From the NCBI GenBank assembly GCA_965215265.1, contig OZ244048.1, positions 1,248,001-1,312,000 of the forward strand: a stretch of 64,000 bases of DNA, read 5' to 3'. The position numbers and the translations under genes are program-made. Shown here piece by piece: positions 1 to 10,476 of this stretch (its first letter is position 1; each line of letters opens with the position of its first letter). The notes beneath the pieces were generated by a model, which saw nothing but the letters and a program-made list of their open reading frames with translations, ran no database searches and had not been told where the DNA came from. This stretch comes from Candidatus Poribacteria bacterium (GTDB lineage Bacteria; Poribacteria; WGA-4E; WGA-3G).

Positions 1-2
1 TA

Positions 3-971
3 GCCGAGTTGCTTACTGTGAGTTGGACTGTTAAACCAGTTGGTGAGTCCCCATTTTAGAAAAACGTCTACAAACCTATCATTGGTACTGTGCAGTTTGA
101 GGGCGTTATCAATGGCTTGTTGACCGAGAGTGTCTTGTTCGATAATGGCGCGAATAATAGGCACGCCTCCGTACTGTTCATAGAGGTAGAGGAGCAGCAT
201 GAAAGAGCCCCCATAATAGACATCTGATGTGTTTGCGTAGGGGAGCGGGACATCAGGAGATTCAAGATATCCGTCGACAAAAATGTTATGTACGGTGCCG
301 TAGACTGCCCATTCAATAAAAGAGGCGGTGCCTTCCTCTAACCACCTTTGATCTATGGTGCCACCGTTCTGGTGCCAGTTGACAAGATGCGCGAATTCAT
401 GGGCAAGGCTGCTATAAAAGGTGTGTCGATCGCGTTCTCTGAATTGGTAGATGTCCATGAACAGCATTTCGCGTTGATTGCTGTTGCGGGCTGTTGGTAG
501 CTGATCTTCGGGTGCGAAATAGCCGCCGTAATCGCGCGCTGATTGGTTCATACCGACATCGTGCATTAATACGGTGATACGGTTGTCCCGGTCGATGCCG
601 GGGCGGGCTTCAGTGCCCATCCACTCTCTGACTTTTGGATAGATGCGCTGGTCAAATTCAGCTGCGATAGCGGTGGCATCTACTTGTGTGAAGAGGAGCT
701 GGACGCTATTTTCGACATAGATATAGATGTGTTTGCCGATTGCGACGCATGTCGCTTGCACCTCCATCTTAGGGATGTGGATGAAAAACTGGTCTATTTG
801 TCCGAGTTGTACGGGTGCGGCGGGTGCGGCGGGTGCGGTCCGTGTGTGTTGATGCTGTAGCGAGTAGGATGTATCAGTAATAAGCAGTGGTGTTCCACAC
901 AGCCACGGTTCTGCGTGTGCTGGGAAAACCGTTGCGATAAAAATTAAGGTGATGAATATGTGTCGCAGCAT
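3..971 (-). CDS. Secreted zincin metallopeptidase (M30/M6-like), 3' end beyond the window start
   Basis: Hand translation from ATG 971 (SD GGAGA): signal peptide MLRHIFITLIFIATVFPAHA, then YGGYF...SNQREMLFMD...AHEFAHLVN...WLEEG (HExxH plus downstream E). Absent from the ORF track because it runs off the window. Confidence 0.8.
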   Translation of the reverse strand, partial: MLRHIFITLIFIATVFPAHAEPWLCGTPLLITDTSYSLQHQHTRTAPAAPAAPVQLGQIDQFFIHIPKMEVQATCVAIGKHIYIYVENSVQLLFTQVDATAIAAEFDQRIYPKVREWMGTEARPGIDRDNRITVLMHDVGMNQSARDYGGYFAPEDQLPTARNSNQREMLFMDIYQFRERDRHTFYSSLAHEFAHLVNWHQNGGTIDQRWLEEGTASFIEWAVYGTVHNIFVDGYLESPDVPLPYANTSDVYYGGSFMLLLYLYEQYGGVPIIRAIIEQDTLGQQAIDNALKLHSTNDRFVDVFLKWGLTNWFNSPTHSKQLG

Positions 972-1053
972 CAGAAATCTCCGAATTTTATGGTAGTATA
1001 CCTTAAACGGTTTGCAATGTCAAGGGCAATCTGGGAGGGATTTCAATCAGGAT

Positions 1054-1082
1054 TTGACATTGCAGCGTCGCTGTGCTATACT
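1054..1082 (+). promoter_or_regulatory. Sigma70-type promoter upstream of archease
   Basis: TTGACA-N17-TATACT with extended -10 TG. Confidence 0.6.
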
Positions 1083-1157
1083 GATAGCATTGCTATATTT
1101 TGTCTATTTTTCTATTACTTCTCATTGAGTGTGGTTTATCGCTTTAATGGAAAAAAT

Positions 1158-1577
1158 ATGAAATCTTATGAATACCTTGAACACACCGCGGATATGGGGC
1201 TAAGGGTTTTTGGCGAGAATTTGTACGCGCTCTTCACGAACGCTGCACAAGGGCTTTTTGAGACGATAGCGGTGGTCGAAACAATTGATGAAATAGAATG
1301 TGTGTGTATCGACGTGACGGCGGCATCTGTTGAGGAGTTGTTCGTGGCATGGCTTGATGAATTGAATTTTCGGCATGAGACGGAAGAGGTGTTCTTTAGG
1401 CGGGCGCGGGTGCTTCAGTGTAGCGAAACAGAGATATCTGCGGAGGTTTATGGAGAATCGGCAAATTTTGAGAAACACCAGGTCTACACGGAAATAAAAA
1501 GTGTGACGTATCATCAACTGCAGGTTGCCCAAAAACCAGATAAGAGTTGGGTCGCCCAGGTAATTTTTGATCTGTAG
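1158..1577 (+). CDS. Archease (RtcB RNA-ligase activator)
   Basis: YEYLEHTADMGL N-terminal motif and EIKSVTYH...VIFDL C-terminal motif typical of archease; 139 aa from ATG 1158. Confidence 0.9.
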   Translation: MKSYEYLEHTADMGLRVFGENLYALFTNAAQGLFETIAVVETIDEIECVCIDVTAASVEELFVAWLDELNFRHETEEVFFRRARVLQCSETEISAEVYGESANFEKHQVYTEIKSVTYHQLQVAQKPDKSWVAQVIFDL

Positions 1578-1619
1578 GAGTGGTGTTTTAGGTTGAAAAG
1601 ATTATGCAGTAGCCATAAG

Positions 1620-1739
1620 GGTTCGTATATCTCCGTACGATCAACGCCCAGTGGGTTGCGAGATAGGTATTCTTTCTCGCAACTTATGTAATAATAACTC
1701 GTGTGTAAATCTCGTCGGAGATGACTTAGATAATGTCTT
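1620..1739 (-). repeat. 84-bp dispersed element (reverse copy) carrying a nested 36-bp hairpin element at 1648-1683
   Basis: TTCGTATATCTCCGTAC...CTCGTGTGTAAATCTCGTCGGAG; 28+56 bp = 84 after removing the insert. Confidence 0.8.
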
Positions 1740-1742
1740 TAA

Positions 1743-1826
1743 AAATCAAAACATCAAAAGGCTCTGGCGAGATTTGTAAAGGGTTTAACATTGCAGCAGC
1801 CTTTAGCGGGCTCCTGTAGACGAAAA
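1743..1826 (+). repeat. 84-bp dispersed element (subtype B)
   Basis: Aligns ungapped to the other copies: AAATC..AACATC..CTCTGGCGAGATTT..GCAGCAGC..TAGACGAAAA. Confidence 0.8.
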
Positions 1827-1831
1827 TAGGA

Positions 1832-3550
1832 TTAATTTCCGTGTGAATGTTCGCCTTCCTTAATGCGGAGATGCTGGTTCGGTTTTATGTTTTGGAGGAT
1901 GTCCACGGTGCCGCTTGGCCAGACAACATCAATTTTCTCAATCGTGCTGTCAGTATTTATGCCGAAGATAGCAGTGAATTCACTCTGGGAGCAGTAGCTT
2001 GAACCGCTCTTGACGGTTTTTGTCTGTGTTCTGCTCGGTGAGGTGAGGTGAATCTGTGTACCGATTCCGTCTCTATTACTTTTTTTGCCGATGAGTTGTA
2101 TTTTAATCCATGCATTTCGGTTTCCGCCATCGTTACGGAAAAGATGGGCGGGCCCATTGGAACTCGTGATGAGTAAATCCCAGTCGCCATCGTTATCAAT
2201 ATCTCCATAGGCGGCACCTCTACCGACGATGGGGTTGCCGAGCGCAGTACCAACTTCGGTGCGTGCCTCCCTGAATTTTCCGTTTGCTTGGTTATGAAAG
2301 AGATGTGGTGGTTGTGCGTAGGTGACATCGGTTTGTATGGCGTTAATGTCGGTTTCTACGTGGCCGTTTGCAGTGAAGATGTCAAGATTCCCGTCCAGAT
2401 CGAAGTCGAAGAAGAAGCATGCAAAGGTAAGCGTTAAGAGTGTCGCGTTGCCGATGTGCGCAACTGGGGCATCGTCGATAAAGAAGTCTCCTTCGTTGTG
2501 ATAGAGGTTAATCATTTCATTGGAGAAATTGCCGATAATGAGGCTTTCCCTACCACTGTTGTCGTAGTCGGCGGCATCGATACCCATTGCACCGGTCGCG
2601 ACTCCGTTTTCGTTATAAGCGATTCCGGCGAGCATTGCGGCTTCGATGAAAGTACCGTCGCCGTTGTTCTGGTAGAGTTTATTGGGTTGTGTATCGTTTG
2701 CTTCGAAGATGTCTGGCCATCCGTCGCTGTTATAATCGAAGATGCAAACGCCGAGGGATTTGCTGGTTTTATCCTCAATTCGTGCGATGCGTGAGACATC
2801 AAGGAAAGTGCCGTCGCCACGGTTTCTGAAGAGTTTGCTTGTCTGTCCGGTGTAGGATTCGGGAGTACAATAGGATTTATGTGTGCCGTCTAGGGTGCAA
2901 AAAAGGTCGGTTTCTATGCTCCATTCGACATAGTTCGCCACGTAGAGGTCAAGATGCCCATCTTTATTGTAGTCTACCCATGCACAACTCGTGCCGAATC
3001 CGGGGTTATAAATGCCGGCGTTTTCTGTCACGTCAATGAAGGTGCTATTTCCGCTGTTTTGAAAGAGCCGGTCGTTTTCGAGGCAGCTGATGTAGATATC
3101 CGCATCGCTGTCGTTATCATAGTCAGCAACGGCTATTCCCATGCCGTAGAGTGGGATGTTAAGCCCTACGTTTTCGGTGACATCGATGAAGGTGCCGTCT
3201 CGATTATTACGGTAGAGTGCCATAGTCTGACGTTTTCCGGTTGGGTGTCCTTCCCAATCCTTTCCGTTGACGAGGAGGATATCCATCCATCCGTCGGTAT
3301 CGTAGTCAATAAAGGCACAACCTGAGCCCATTGTTTCGGGCAGGTATTTTTTGCCGAAGGCACCGTTATTGTGGATGAAGTCGATGCCAGCTGTCTGAGT
3401 GATTTCGGTGAATTGCGGCAAGGATTGCGCGCGGCTCGTGAGGGGTGAAGAGATAGTAACAAGCAGCGTGGTTACCATTCCTAATTGAACAGACATAAAC
3501 CAGGTTCGCTGCCAAAATACTTGCGGTGAGATGGGTGCCGTGACGTTCAT
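1832..3550 (-). CDS. CRTAC1-family FG-GAP repeat protein with C-terminal ASPIC/UnbV domain
   Basis: Repeated DYDNDGxxD motifs, NRDGIG, SGSSYCSQ, WPSG. Start placed at ATG 3550 (SD AAGGAA); the ORF-track extension to 3655 reads through a repeat. Confidence 0.9.
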   Translation of the reverse strand: MNVTAPISPQVFWQRTWFMSVQLGMVTTLLVTISSPLTSRAQSLPQFTEITQTAGIDFIHNNGAFGKKYLPETMGSGCAFIDYDTDGWMDILLVNGKDWEGHPTGKRQTMALYRNNRDGTFIDVTENVGLNIPLYGMGIAVADYDNDSDADIYISCLENDRLFQNSGNSTFIDVTENAGIYNPGFGTSCAWVDYNKDGHLDLYVANYVEWSIETDLFCTLDGTHKSYCTPESYTGQTSKLFRNRGDGTFLDVSRIARIEDKTSKSLGVCIFDYNSDGWPDIFEANDTQPNKLYQNNGDGTFIEAAMLAGIAYNENGVATGAMGIDAADYDNSGRESLIIGNFSNEMINLYHNEGDFFIDDAPVAHIGNATLLTLTFACFFFDFDLDGNLDIFTANGHVETDINAIQTDVTYAQPPHLFHNQANGKFREARTEVGTALGNPIVGRGAAYGDIDNDGDWDLLITSSNGPAHLFRNDGGNRNAWIKIQLIGKKSNRDGIGTQIHLTSPSRTQTKTVKSGSSYCSQSEFTAIFGINTDSTIEKIDVVWPSGTVDILQNIKPNQHLRIKEGEHSHGN

Positions 3551-3564
3551 GCTAAACTTTCCTT

Positions 3565-3902
3565 CTTCTGTATACAGGAGCCCAATAAAGGCTGCTGCTA
3601 TGTCAAATCCTGTGTACATCTCGTCGGAGACTTTTGATGCTATGAATCTAAACATCGGAAAACTCCGACGAGATTTTTCGTATATTTCAGCCCAATAAAG
3701 GCTGCTGCTATGTCAAATCCTGTGTACATCTCGTCAGAGACTTTTGATGCTATGAATCTAAACATCGGAAAACTCCGACGATCTATAGATTGGCAGGATA
3801 AGGTAATCTTGTCTCATGGACAGACAAAGCATACCGAACCTGCCAAGATTTACACACGAACTATCAAAGCATAAGCGTTTATGGTACGGAGATATACTAA
3901 AA
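3565..3902. repeat. Cluster of 84-bp elements: reverse 3565-3648, partial forward 3644-3676, reverse 3675-3758, forward 3754-3902 interrupted by a hairpin element (about 3782-3845)
   Basis: Near-identical ~110-bp tandem duplication; GAATC ends shared by back-to-back copies. Confidence 0.8.
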
Positions 3903-3942
3903 ATAGAGGCATTTTGTAAAACCTAAATGCGTTTTGTATCCA

Positions 3943-4659
3943 TCAGCGTTTGATGTAGGGTGCGGCTTGTGCACTGCTCTTAAGGATGCCCCATGTGGTA
4001 GCAAGTTTTCCGCGCGATGCGACGGGACGTGGTTTACCAGGACCTCCGTTGCGGATATTCTGCCCAGTGATTTCGACATCATCAAAACGGGCTTGTCCAT
4101 CTGTTACAACAAGTCCGGCTTGTCCACCTTTTAAGGGTGCATCGTCAATAGTGGTGAACACGTCCTCGTCAACCTTAAATTCCAGGGTGCCATCTTCGTA
4201 AACAGTGGCAGTCAGTTCGTACCACGTATCAATTTCTGCTGAGAACGGGTAGGTGACCCAGAACCAATCATTAGGAAGTGCCTTGACAATTCGGACATAG
4301 CCCAAAAGGTAGTCAATAAAGAATAGATAGCGGGTATCTTCTTCTCCTCTATCGTGGAGGGTAAGTCCAATGCTTGGCGGTTCGTTCTTTTCTTGAACGA
4401 GTTTGGCCCGGCAGGAGAGAGAGTAGTATCTCCATGTGAGCTCTCCAGTGAGCCAGAGGCTCATGAACCCGGGCTGAAAAATTTCACCGACAGCTTCACC
4501 GTCATTAAGCCACCATTTTTCAACCTGCCGGTCAATGTTAAAAATTTTCCATTCGCGAGTGTCTTTGTCTTCAAAGTCGTCTCGCCACGTGCCAGCAATG
4601 CTGAGTGTGTTGAAAATAAGCATCGTGGTGAGAATTGTAAGAATGAGTTGTTTTTTCAC
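3943..4659 (-). CDS. Secreted beta-sandwich (DUF1080/ConA-like) protein with C-terminal VxxRGKLATTWGxLK motif
   Basis: Signal peptide, WRDDFED, GQAGL...RFDDVEI, tail motif. Confidence 0.65.
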   Translation of the reverse strand: MKKQLILTILTTMLIFNTLSIAGTWRDDFEDKDTREWKIFNIDRQVEKWWLNDGEAVGEIFQPGFMSLWLTGELTWRYYSLSCRAKLVQEKNEPPSIGLTLHDRGEEDTRYLFFIDYLLGYVRIVKALPNDWFWVTYPFSAEIDTWYELTATVYEDGTLEFKVDEDVFTTIDDAPLKGGQAGLVVTDGQARFDDVEITGQNIRNGGPGKPRPVASRGKLATTWGILKSSAQAAPYIKR

Positions 4660-4713
4660 AGTTTCTTCCGCTCTCTTGGGGCCGCGGTGCTTGCCGAGGT
4701 TTGGAGAGCCCTC

Positions 4714-7700
4714 CTATGACGTAGTTATTATACATCGTTGGTTGAGATTGTCATCTGCATACGGACAGGAAGGACAATGTGAGGGGTTCTTTAGATAAGT
4801 ACTGAGCTGTAGGCTCGCAATTGTTTCTGTCCAACGGTTGGCAAGTTGCTGTAATTCATTACGACTAAATTGCAAAGGCACCGACTGATTTAGGTGGGTA
4901 AAGAAGAGATTGATGGTCAGTTCTGGTTGTTCGGGATAACTTCGATGCACAAGCAAGGCATAAAGTTCCACTTGAGGTCGGTTTTCGTCGGTTAAAGCGA
5001 TAAGGCTCTCTTCGCCTGAATGCTCATCTACCGAGCTCAGAAGCGATGAAGTCATTCCTAATTTATCTACTGTACCAATTGTTTTGTAATCAATAGCCTG
5101 CCAGTGCCCTGTTGTTGGATGCTTAAAAAGCCGGTCGATTCTCCCGCCGATAATGTGTTCGCCAAGTTGTATGTGAATTTGTCGTTCGCAATAGGTTTGC
5201 TCAGATACGAGTGCAATTTGCCCAAGCTCAGACGTGAGAAACGCGTTGACATTTTCGCGGATGTCACTTCTGATGGATTCTTTGTAGTATTGTATTAGCC
5301 TCTCAAGTTGTCGGACATCGGTTTTCTGCCTGATTTGAGAGAGGATGTAGTGAACAGCACGCCCTGTTTCGGTCTCATCCCAATCCGGTGTGTCGGGTTG
5401 ATTCTGCGCTGTGCTGGGTTGGATAAATTCATTGCACTCGTCATTAATAGGGCGAATCGGGGGAATCCTAAGTACATTTTCAAGGTGGTACCGTAGCGGG
5501 CAACGAGCATAGTTGGAAAGTTCTGGGACGGAGAAGTATGCACCGGTAGTGCTTGGTGACAGCGGGGGTGCCGGAAGTTGTGACAATTCAGGCGAAATGA
5601 TTTCAGCCTGATTGGAGGCCGGTTCTGCGCTTTCTGGGAGGCACCGAATGATTGGGATTTCCAAGTTGAAGTGTTGTTGCTTTGTGCTGTTATCAGAAAA
5701 CGCCTCCAATTCAACAGGGATGCTGAGAGAAGTTTGTTGAGATAAACCGAGGTGTGTGCAGAGCGATTTTAGCATGCTTCGCGGTTTTTGGCTGTCGAAT
5801 AGGGTTCCGGATAAGATAAGCCGGTCGCTTGCGCGCGTTGTTCCAACGTAGAAAATTCGCTTCTTTTCGGCATCTGCTTTTGCGTTTGCGCGATTTTTCA
5901 TGAGTTTGATGATGCTTGGGTCACGTTTCTTGTAATCGTCATCTGGGTTAAGTGAAGTAAACCCGATGCCGCACTGTTCATCGATGAAAGGTTCCGTTTC
6001 AATTTGTCCACGTCTGTCAAGTCCGGGCAGAACCACTATTGGGAATTGAAGGCCCTTTGCTGCATGGATAGTCATTATTTGAACTGCTGTTCTATTCGCC
6101 TGAATTGGTGCTTGTCCTTCGCGGGGTTCCTCGTCCATTAAGATTGCCAGAAAATCAATAAAGCGCGTCAAGGTTTGGCTTCCGTCAAGGTTTGCATCCT
6201 CCTGCTGGAAATTTCGTGCGAGGTCTAATAGTTTTTGATAATTCGCCCATCTTTGTTGTCCTTGTGGTCCTGCTGTGATTGTTCCGATGATTCCTGTTTC
6301 CTGAACGATGGTTAAGATAAGTTGGTTTATCGGAATTCGTTGTGCAAGTTGTAGATGTTTTTTCAGGAGGCCTACTGCGAGCTGGAGGTTTTGTGAAGAT
6401 ATTTCGCTTTCGTCGGAGAGTTTTTTGCGAGGATTTTCCGGTGTTCCAATAACGTTATCTTGGGTGACTAGGTTTTGTAGACGCGCTTCAGTCTTCTCCC
6501 AAAAGCTGTCGCCGTGTTGCAGAGAAATCTCGTAGAGTTCCGTGTCGGAGATGCCGAAGAACGGGCCGCGTAAGATAGCGGCAAGTGCAACGTGGCTTTC
6601 AATGGGGGCATCTAGGAATTGGAGGTAGTTCCAAATATCGTAGATTTCTTGCCGCTGATAGAACCCGATACCGCCTGTGGTCAGGTAGGGTACCCCTTTG
6701 TCAAGAAGTGCGCGTTCAAGGTCGGGTAGATGTGTTCGATTACGGATGAGGATGGCGATGTCCCCGTATTCGATTTGACGTAAGCTTTCTCCATTTTCGT
6801 CTCGGTTGATAACAGCTACTTTTTCCGTTATCATGTTTTTTATACGGGTTGCGATGAGTTCATTTTCATTGACTCGTTCCTCACCTTTGTTGCCCAAAAT
6901 AATTTCTATGCTGCCATTTGCTACTGCCGATTCTGCTTCTGTCCCTAAAGGGGCGGTTCGTGCTTGGACGAGAGGTTCATACGCGACTTCAAATTCGCTT
7001 TCAGTTCCTTCATGCATCAACCGTTGAAAAAAGTAATTGACAAATCCGACATCATCGCGTAGTGAACGAAAATTCTCACTGAGGCTAACAGCCATGCCGT
7101 TGGATTCACAGATTTTTTCTCGGGTCTGGTTAAAAACGCGAATATCGGCACCGCGAAATCCGTAAATTCCTTGTTTCACGTCGCCAACGATGAAAAGATT
7201 TCCGTGTTGGAGTTTGTTCGTCAACAGCATGACAAGTTCAAACTGCAGCGGGTTTGTGTCTTGATATTCATCTATCATGAAGTATTTATAGCGGTTTTCC
7301 AAGGTCCGGCGAATCTCTTTATTCTCTTTGAGTAATTCCCGGGTTTTGAGCTGCAGGTCGGTGTAGTCCAGTTTGCCTTGTTCCAATTTCGCGCGTTGAT
7401 AGGCGGTTTCTATGTGGGTGTAGAGAGCCAGTAGGTGTCTGGTTGTCTGAATGAGTGCATCGTCATCGTCGTTAATCGGAGGCGTATTTCGGAGTTCTTT
7501 AGCAGCAGATCCAAGGAAGTTAATTTCGCTTTCGATGGCGGTTATATCGGTTCCCTTCCCGAGGAAATAATTTTTGGCAATTTTGCCGCTTTTGTTGAGA
7601 ATTAACTTTTCAATTTTTCGCAGTTGTTGCAGCTGCGTCGGTTTTGCGATGTCTGTATTCAGATTTGCTGTTAATTGGTCTGTTAGATTCCTAATTTCTG

Positions 7701-8430
7701 GAGCGTTTTTACCTTTTGCCACTTTTAAAACAGTGTTGAGACAGTGTATCCACTCTTTTACCCATGCCTGAACGCTTTGTTCCGATTCGTCTGTGCCACC
7801 GTTTTGGAGGAGTTGTTCAATGCTTAGCGTTTCCCATAGTTCCCGTATTTCGGCGTTACTGTGCTCATCATAGAGTTGCTGTTTGAGGCGTTCGATCGTT
7901 TCGCGTTGATTCAGCATGGCCGTGAGGATTGTCTCTAGTTTCCGTCTCCCTGCGCAGCAGTAGAGTAGGTGTCTAAGTTTGCTGTATAGTTCGTGGTGAT
8001 GTTCGGTAGCGATTGTCTTCAATTCTTCCTGAAGTGTTGCGCGCAGTAATAATCTCGTATCGATACCTTGTAGGATTCCAAAGTTTGCTGGAACTCTGGC
8101 TTGGAAAGGGAATTCTCTCAGGATACGCGAACAGAAAGCGTGAATTGTTGAGATGGGTGCCGTGGTCATCTGTTCTTGGAACTTGCTTCTGTTATGGAAT
8201 TTTCGTGAGTCTAGTTCGTTCAACCTTTCGATAATTCTCTCTTTCATTTCAGTAGCGGCTTTCTCAGTGAACGTGATGGCGACAATTTCACGTGGTGAGG
8301 CATCGGCTTCGTGCAGAATTTTAAGATACCGTTCTACGAGTACGGTGGTTTTTCCAGACCCAGCACCTGCAGTTACACAAACGTGGGTATTAAAAGTGAG
8401 GGCTTTTTGCTGATTTGGTGTGAGTCTCAT
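4714..8430 (-). CDS. addA: AddA/UvrD-type ATP-dependent helicase with C-terminal PD-(D/E)XK nuclease
   Basis: AGAGSGKT, ITFTEKAA, STIHAFC, IDEYQDT, VGDVKQGIYGFRGAD, MTIHAAKGLQF, YVGTTRA, GRIDRL...IDYKT, Cys-rich end. Confidence 0.85.
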   Translation of the reverse strand: MRLTPNQQKALTFNTHVCVTAGAGSGKTTVLVERYLKILHEADASPREIVAITFTEKAATEMKERIIERLNELDSRKFHNRSKFQEQMTTAPISTIHAFCSRILREFPFQARVPANFGILQGIDTRLLLRATLQEELKTIATEHHHELYSKLRHLLYCCAGRRKLETILTAMLNQRETIERLKQQLYDEHSNAEIRELWETLSIEQLLQNGGTDESEQSVQAWVKEWIHCLNTVLKVAKGKNAPEIRNLTDQLTANLNTDIAKPTQLQQLRKIEKLILNKSGKIAKNYFLGKGTDITAIESEINFLGSAAKELRNTPPINDDDDALIQTTRHLLALYTHIETAYQRAKLEQGKLDYTDLQLKTRELLKENKEIRRTLENRYKYFMIDEYQDTNPLQFELVMLLTNKLQHGNLFIVGDVKQGIYGFRGADIRVFNQTREKICESNGMAVSLSENFRSLRDDVGFVNYFFQRLMHEGTESEFEVAYEPLVQARTAPLGTEAESAVANGSIEIILGNKGEERVNENELIATRIKNMITEKVAVINRDENGESLRQIEYGDIAILIRNRTHLPDLERALLDKGVPYLTTGGIGFYQRQEIYDIWNYLQFLDAPIESHVALAAILRGPFFGISDTELYEISLQHGDSFWEKTEARLQNLVTQDNVIGTPENPRKKLSDESEISSQNLQLAVGLLKKHLQLAQRIPINQLILTIVQETGIIGTITAGPQGQQRWANYQKLLDLARNFQQEDANLDGSQTLTRFIDFLAILMDEEPREGQAPIQANRTAVQIMTIHAAKGLQFPIVVLPGLDRRGQIETEPFIDEQCGIGFTSLNPDDDYKKRDPSIIKLMKNRANAKADAEKKRIFYVGTTRASDRLILSGTLFDSQKPRSMLKSLCTHLGLSQQTSLSIPVELEAFSDNSTKQQHFNLEIPIIRCLPESAEPASNQAEIISPELSQLPAPPLSPSTTGAYFSVPELSNYARCPLRYHLENVLRIPPIRPINDECNEFIQPSTAQNQPDTPDWDETETGRAVHYILSQIRQKTDVRQLERLIQYYKESIRSDIRENVNAFLTSELGQIALVSEQTYCERQIHIQLGEHIIGGRIDRLFKHPTTGHWQAIDYKTIGTVDKLGMTSSLLSSVDEHSGEESLIALTDENRPQVELYALLVHRSYPEQPELTINLFFTHLNQSVPLQFSRNELQQLANRWTETIASLQLSTYLKNPSHCPSCPYADDNLNQRCIITTS

Positions 8431-8444
8431 TTTTCCTCTGTAAG

Positions 8445-9527
8445 TTAATCAATTAAGGGAATAACGGCTTCAGCTGCGATTGCAAGTTCGACAGCATCGC
8501 CGGGTTTTTTGGCTTCGGTGCCCGGGTCGTATTGCACAACTTTCAAGGGTATATCCGATGCAATTAAGTGATATTCTTCCATTCTGCCTAAATAGTTGAC
8601 ACCGGTGACTTTTGCGTTAAGGCGGTTCTGGGCAGGCTTATTGGCTGCTTCTTTGGTTATGTCAAGATGGATTGCCTCAGGACGTATTGAACATTGTACA
8701 TTCGTGCCATCTGTCAATTCGTGGTAAACCTTTTCAGAGAATAGGGTGCCGACTGGTGTCTCGATTGTAGCGCTGCCATTTGATATATGCTGAATACGGC
8801 CTGGGACGAAGTTAGTCTCGCCGATGAAACTGGCGACAAAAGCGTTTTTTGGGGCTTGATAAACCTCGCGTGGCGTGCCCACTTGAACGATGATTCCGTC
8901 TTGCATAATTGCCATCCGGTCTGCCATTGAGAGTGCATCAACCTGATCATGGGTAACATAGAAAGTTGTGATATGAGTTCGACTGTGAATCAATTTGATT
9001 TCGTCGCGCATGTGTTGGCGTAAGGCCGCGTCAAGGTTGCTGATAGGCTCGTCAAGGAGGAGTACGTCAGGTTCAATCACGAGGGCGCGGGCGAGTGCAA
9101 TGCGCTGTTGCTGTCCGCCGGAGAGCGTATTAACAGGGCGAGCGTGGTATCCATCCATCTGGACCAGTTTTAGCACCTCTGTGATTTTCTGTTTTCTCTT
9201 CTCTTTTTTAAATTTGCGCAGTGTCAGCCCATATTCAATGTTTTCTGCAACGGACATGTGGGGCCACAAGGCATAGTTTTGGAACACCATTCCGGTGTTG
9301 CGTTGATGCGGTGGGACGTTATTCATAACAGAATTGTCAAACCGTAGTTCGCCAGAATCGGGCCGGTAGAATCCGGCAATGATGCGGAGAAAGGTGGATT
9401 TTCCGCATCCGGAGGGCCCGAGAAGAAAAAAGAATTCGCCTTTCTCTATTTTCAGTGTTACATTGTTGACAGCAACAGTGGTATCAAAGGCTTTGGTAAC
9501 CTGAGTTAATTCAACGGCAACAGCCAT
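8445..9527 (-). CDS. ABC transporter ATP-binding protein (PotA/FbpC type, TOBE domain)
   Basis: GPSGCGKS, VFQNYALWPHM, LSGGQQQR, LLLDEP. Confidence 0.9.
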   Translation of the reverse strand: MAVAVELTQVTKAFDTTVAVNNVTLKIEKGEFFFLLGPSGCGKSTFLRIIAGFYRPDSGELRFDNSVMNNVPPHQRNTGMVFQNYALWPHMSVAENIEYGLTLRKFKKEKRKQKITEVLKLVQMDGYHARPVNTLSGGQQQRIALARALVIEPDVLLLDEPISNLDAALRQHMRDEIKLIHSRTHITTFYVTHDQVDALSMADRMAIMQDGIIVQVGTPREVYQAPKNAFVASFIGETNFVPGRIQHISNGSATIETPVGTLFSEKVYHELTDGTNVQCSIRPEAIHLDITKEAANKPAQNRLNAKVTGVNYLGRMEEYHLIASDIPLKVVQYDPGTEAKKPGDAVELAIAAEAVIPLID

Positions 9528-9596
9528 AGTTCATAATGTCTCCGTAGGCTAGCGAATTTGAAGGGCAAAAATTGCTTGTGTTCTTAGGTAATTGAC

Positions 9597-10466
9597 TCAA
9601 TTCTGTGGTGGTATCTCTTTGACACAGCGGAATCCGATAGTGCTTCCGGATGTGAGATGGTACCACCGGTCTGCGACGCGAAGATCTTGGGGGCTGCCGC
9701 CCCATCCGCCACCGCGTAGGATACGAAAATTTTCGCTTTCTGGGGCGGATTCTCTACCGAACCGGGGATTATTCTGCGGACTGACTTTGTAGAATTGGGA
9801 ATTGTATTCATCAAAACACCATTCCCATGCGTTGCCTGCCATATCGTACAGGTTGTATCCGTTCGGTGGGAAACTTCCCACGGGTGCTGTCCACTTCCAC
9901 AGGTCTTTTTTGGCGATTCCGCCCAAATTGGCATCATTATATGTTATTATATCACCGTTCGGGTACAGTTTTCCAATAAGATTTCCTCGTGCAGCGTACT
10001 CCCATTCGGCTTCGGTTGGTAATCGTTTTTTTGCCCATGTTGCATAGGCGGTAGCGTCACGCCATGTTACTCGTACAACGGGGGTATGCGGTGCATTGAA
10101 CTTTGGGTTGTGGGCGAGTGGCGGTTGAGGATACCCAGTTTCTTGTATGAATCTCTGATATTGCGCGTTTGTTACTTCGTATGCATCCATGTAAAATGCG
10201 TTCAGGAAGACAGTATGAATGGGTTGTTCGTCGCTGTCGCCTGTGAGGGAGCCCATTTCAAAGGTGCCTGCTGGAATTAGTACCATTGTTGCGCCATCAG
10301 TTTCTGTTATAATTTCTGTGGACAATGTGTCTGAGTCGCGTGTGCATCCACAGAGACATGCAAAGAACAGAGTCAGGTGGACGAGATGTTTACTTAAACA
10401 CAATCCGCTTGCAGTGTGAGAGATGTTAGACTTTTTGCAGGACGTTACAACTGTTCCTAACGACAT
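9597..10466 (-). CDS. FGE-sulfatase/SUMF1-domain lipoprotein (start uncertain)
   Basis: RLPTEAEWEYAARG, YDMAGNAWEW, RGGGW, GFRC; lipobox-like LCGC. Confidence 0.85.
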   Translation of the reverse strand: MSLGTVVTSCKKSNISHTASGLCLSKHLVHLTLFFACLCGCTRDSDTLSTEIITETDGATMVLIPAGTFEMGSLTGDSDEQPIHTVFLNAFYMDAYEVTNAQYQRFIQETGYPQPPLAHNPKFNAPHTPVVRVTWRDATAYATWAKKRLPTEAEWEYAARGNLIGKLYPNGDIITYNDANLGGIAKKDLWKWTAPVGSFPPNGYNLYDMAGNAWEWCFDEYNSQFYKVSPQNNPRFGRESAPESENFRILRGGGWGGSPQDLRVADRWYHLTSGSTIGFRCVKEIPPQN

Positions 10467-10476
10467 TTTAGAGGTT

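Noticed and set aside
960-1157. ORF-track N-terminal extensions (960, 3655, 23515, 39606 etc.) and the many short antisense ORFs
   Set aside because: They run through promoters or repeats, or shadow well-supported genes; better SD-linked starts lie downstream.
6400-6460. Remnant of the element inside addA (TCGTCGGAGAGTTTT...TTTTCCGGTGTT)
   Set aside because: Short, gapped similarity that could be chance.
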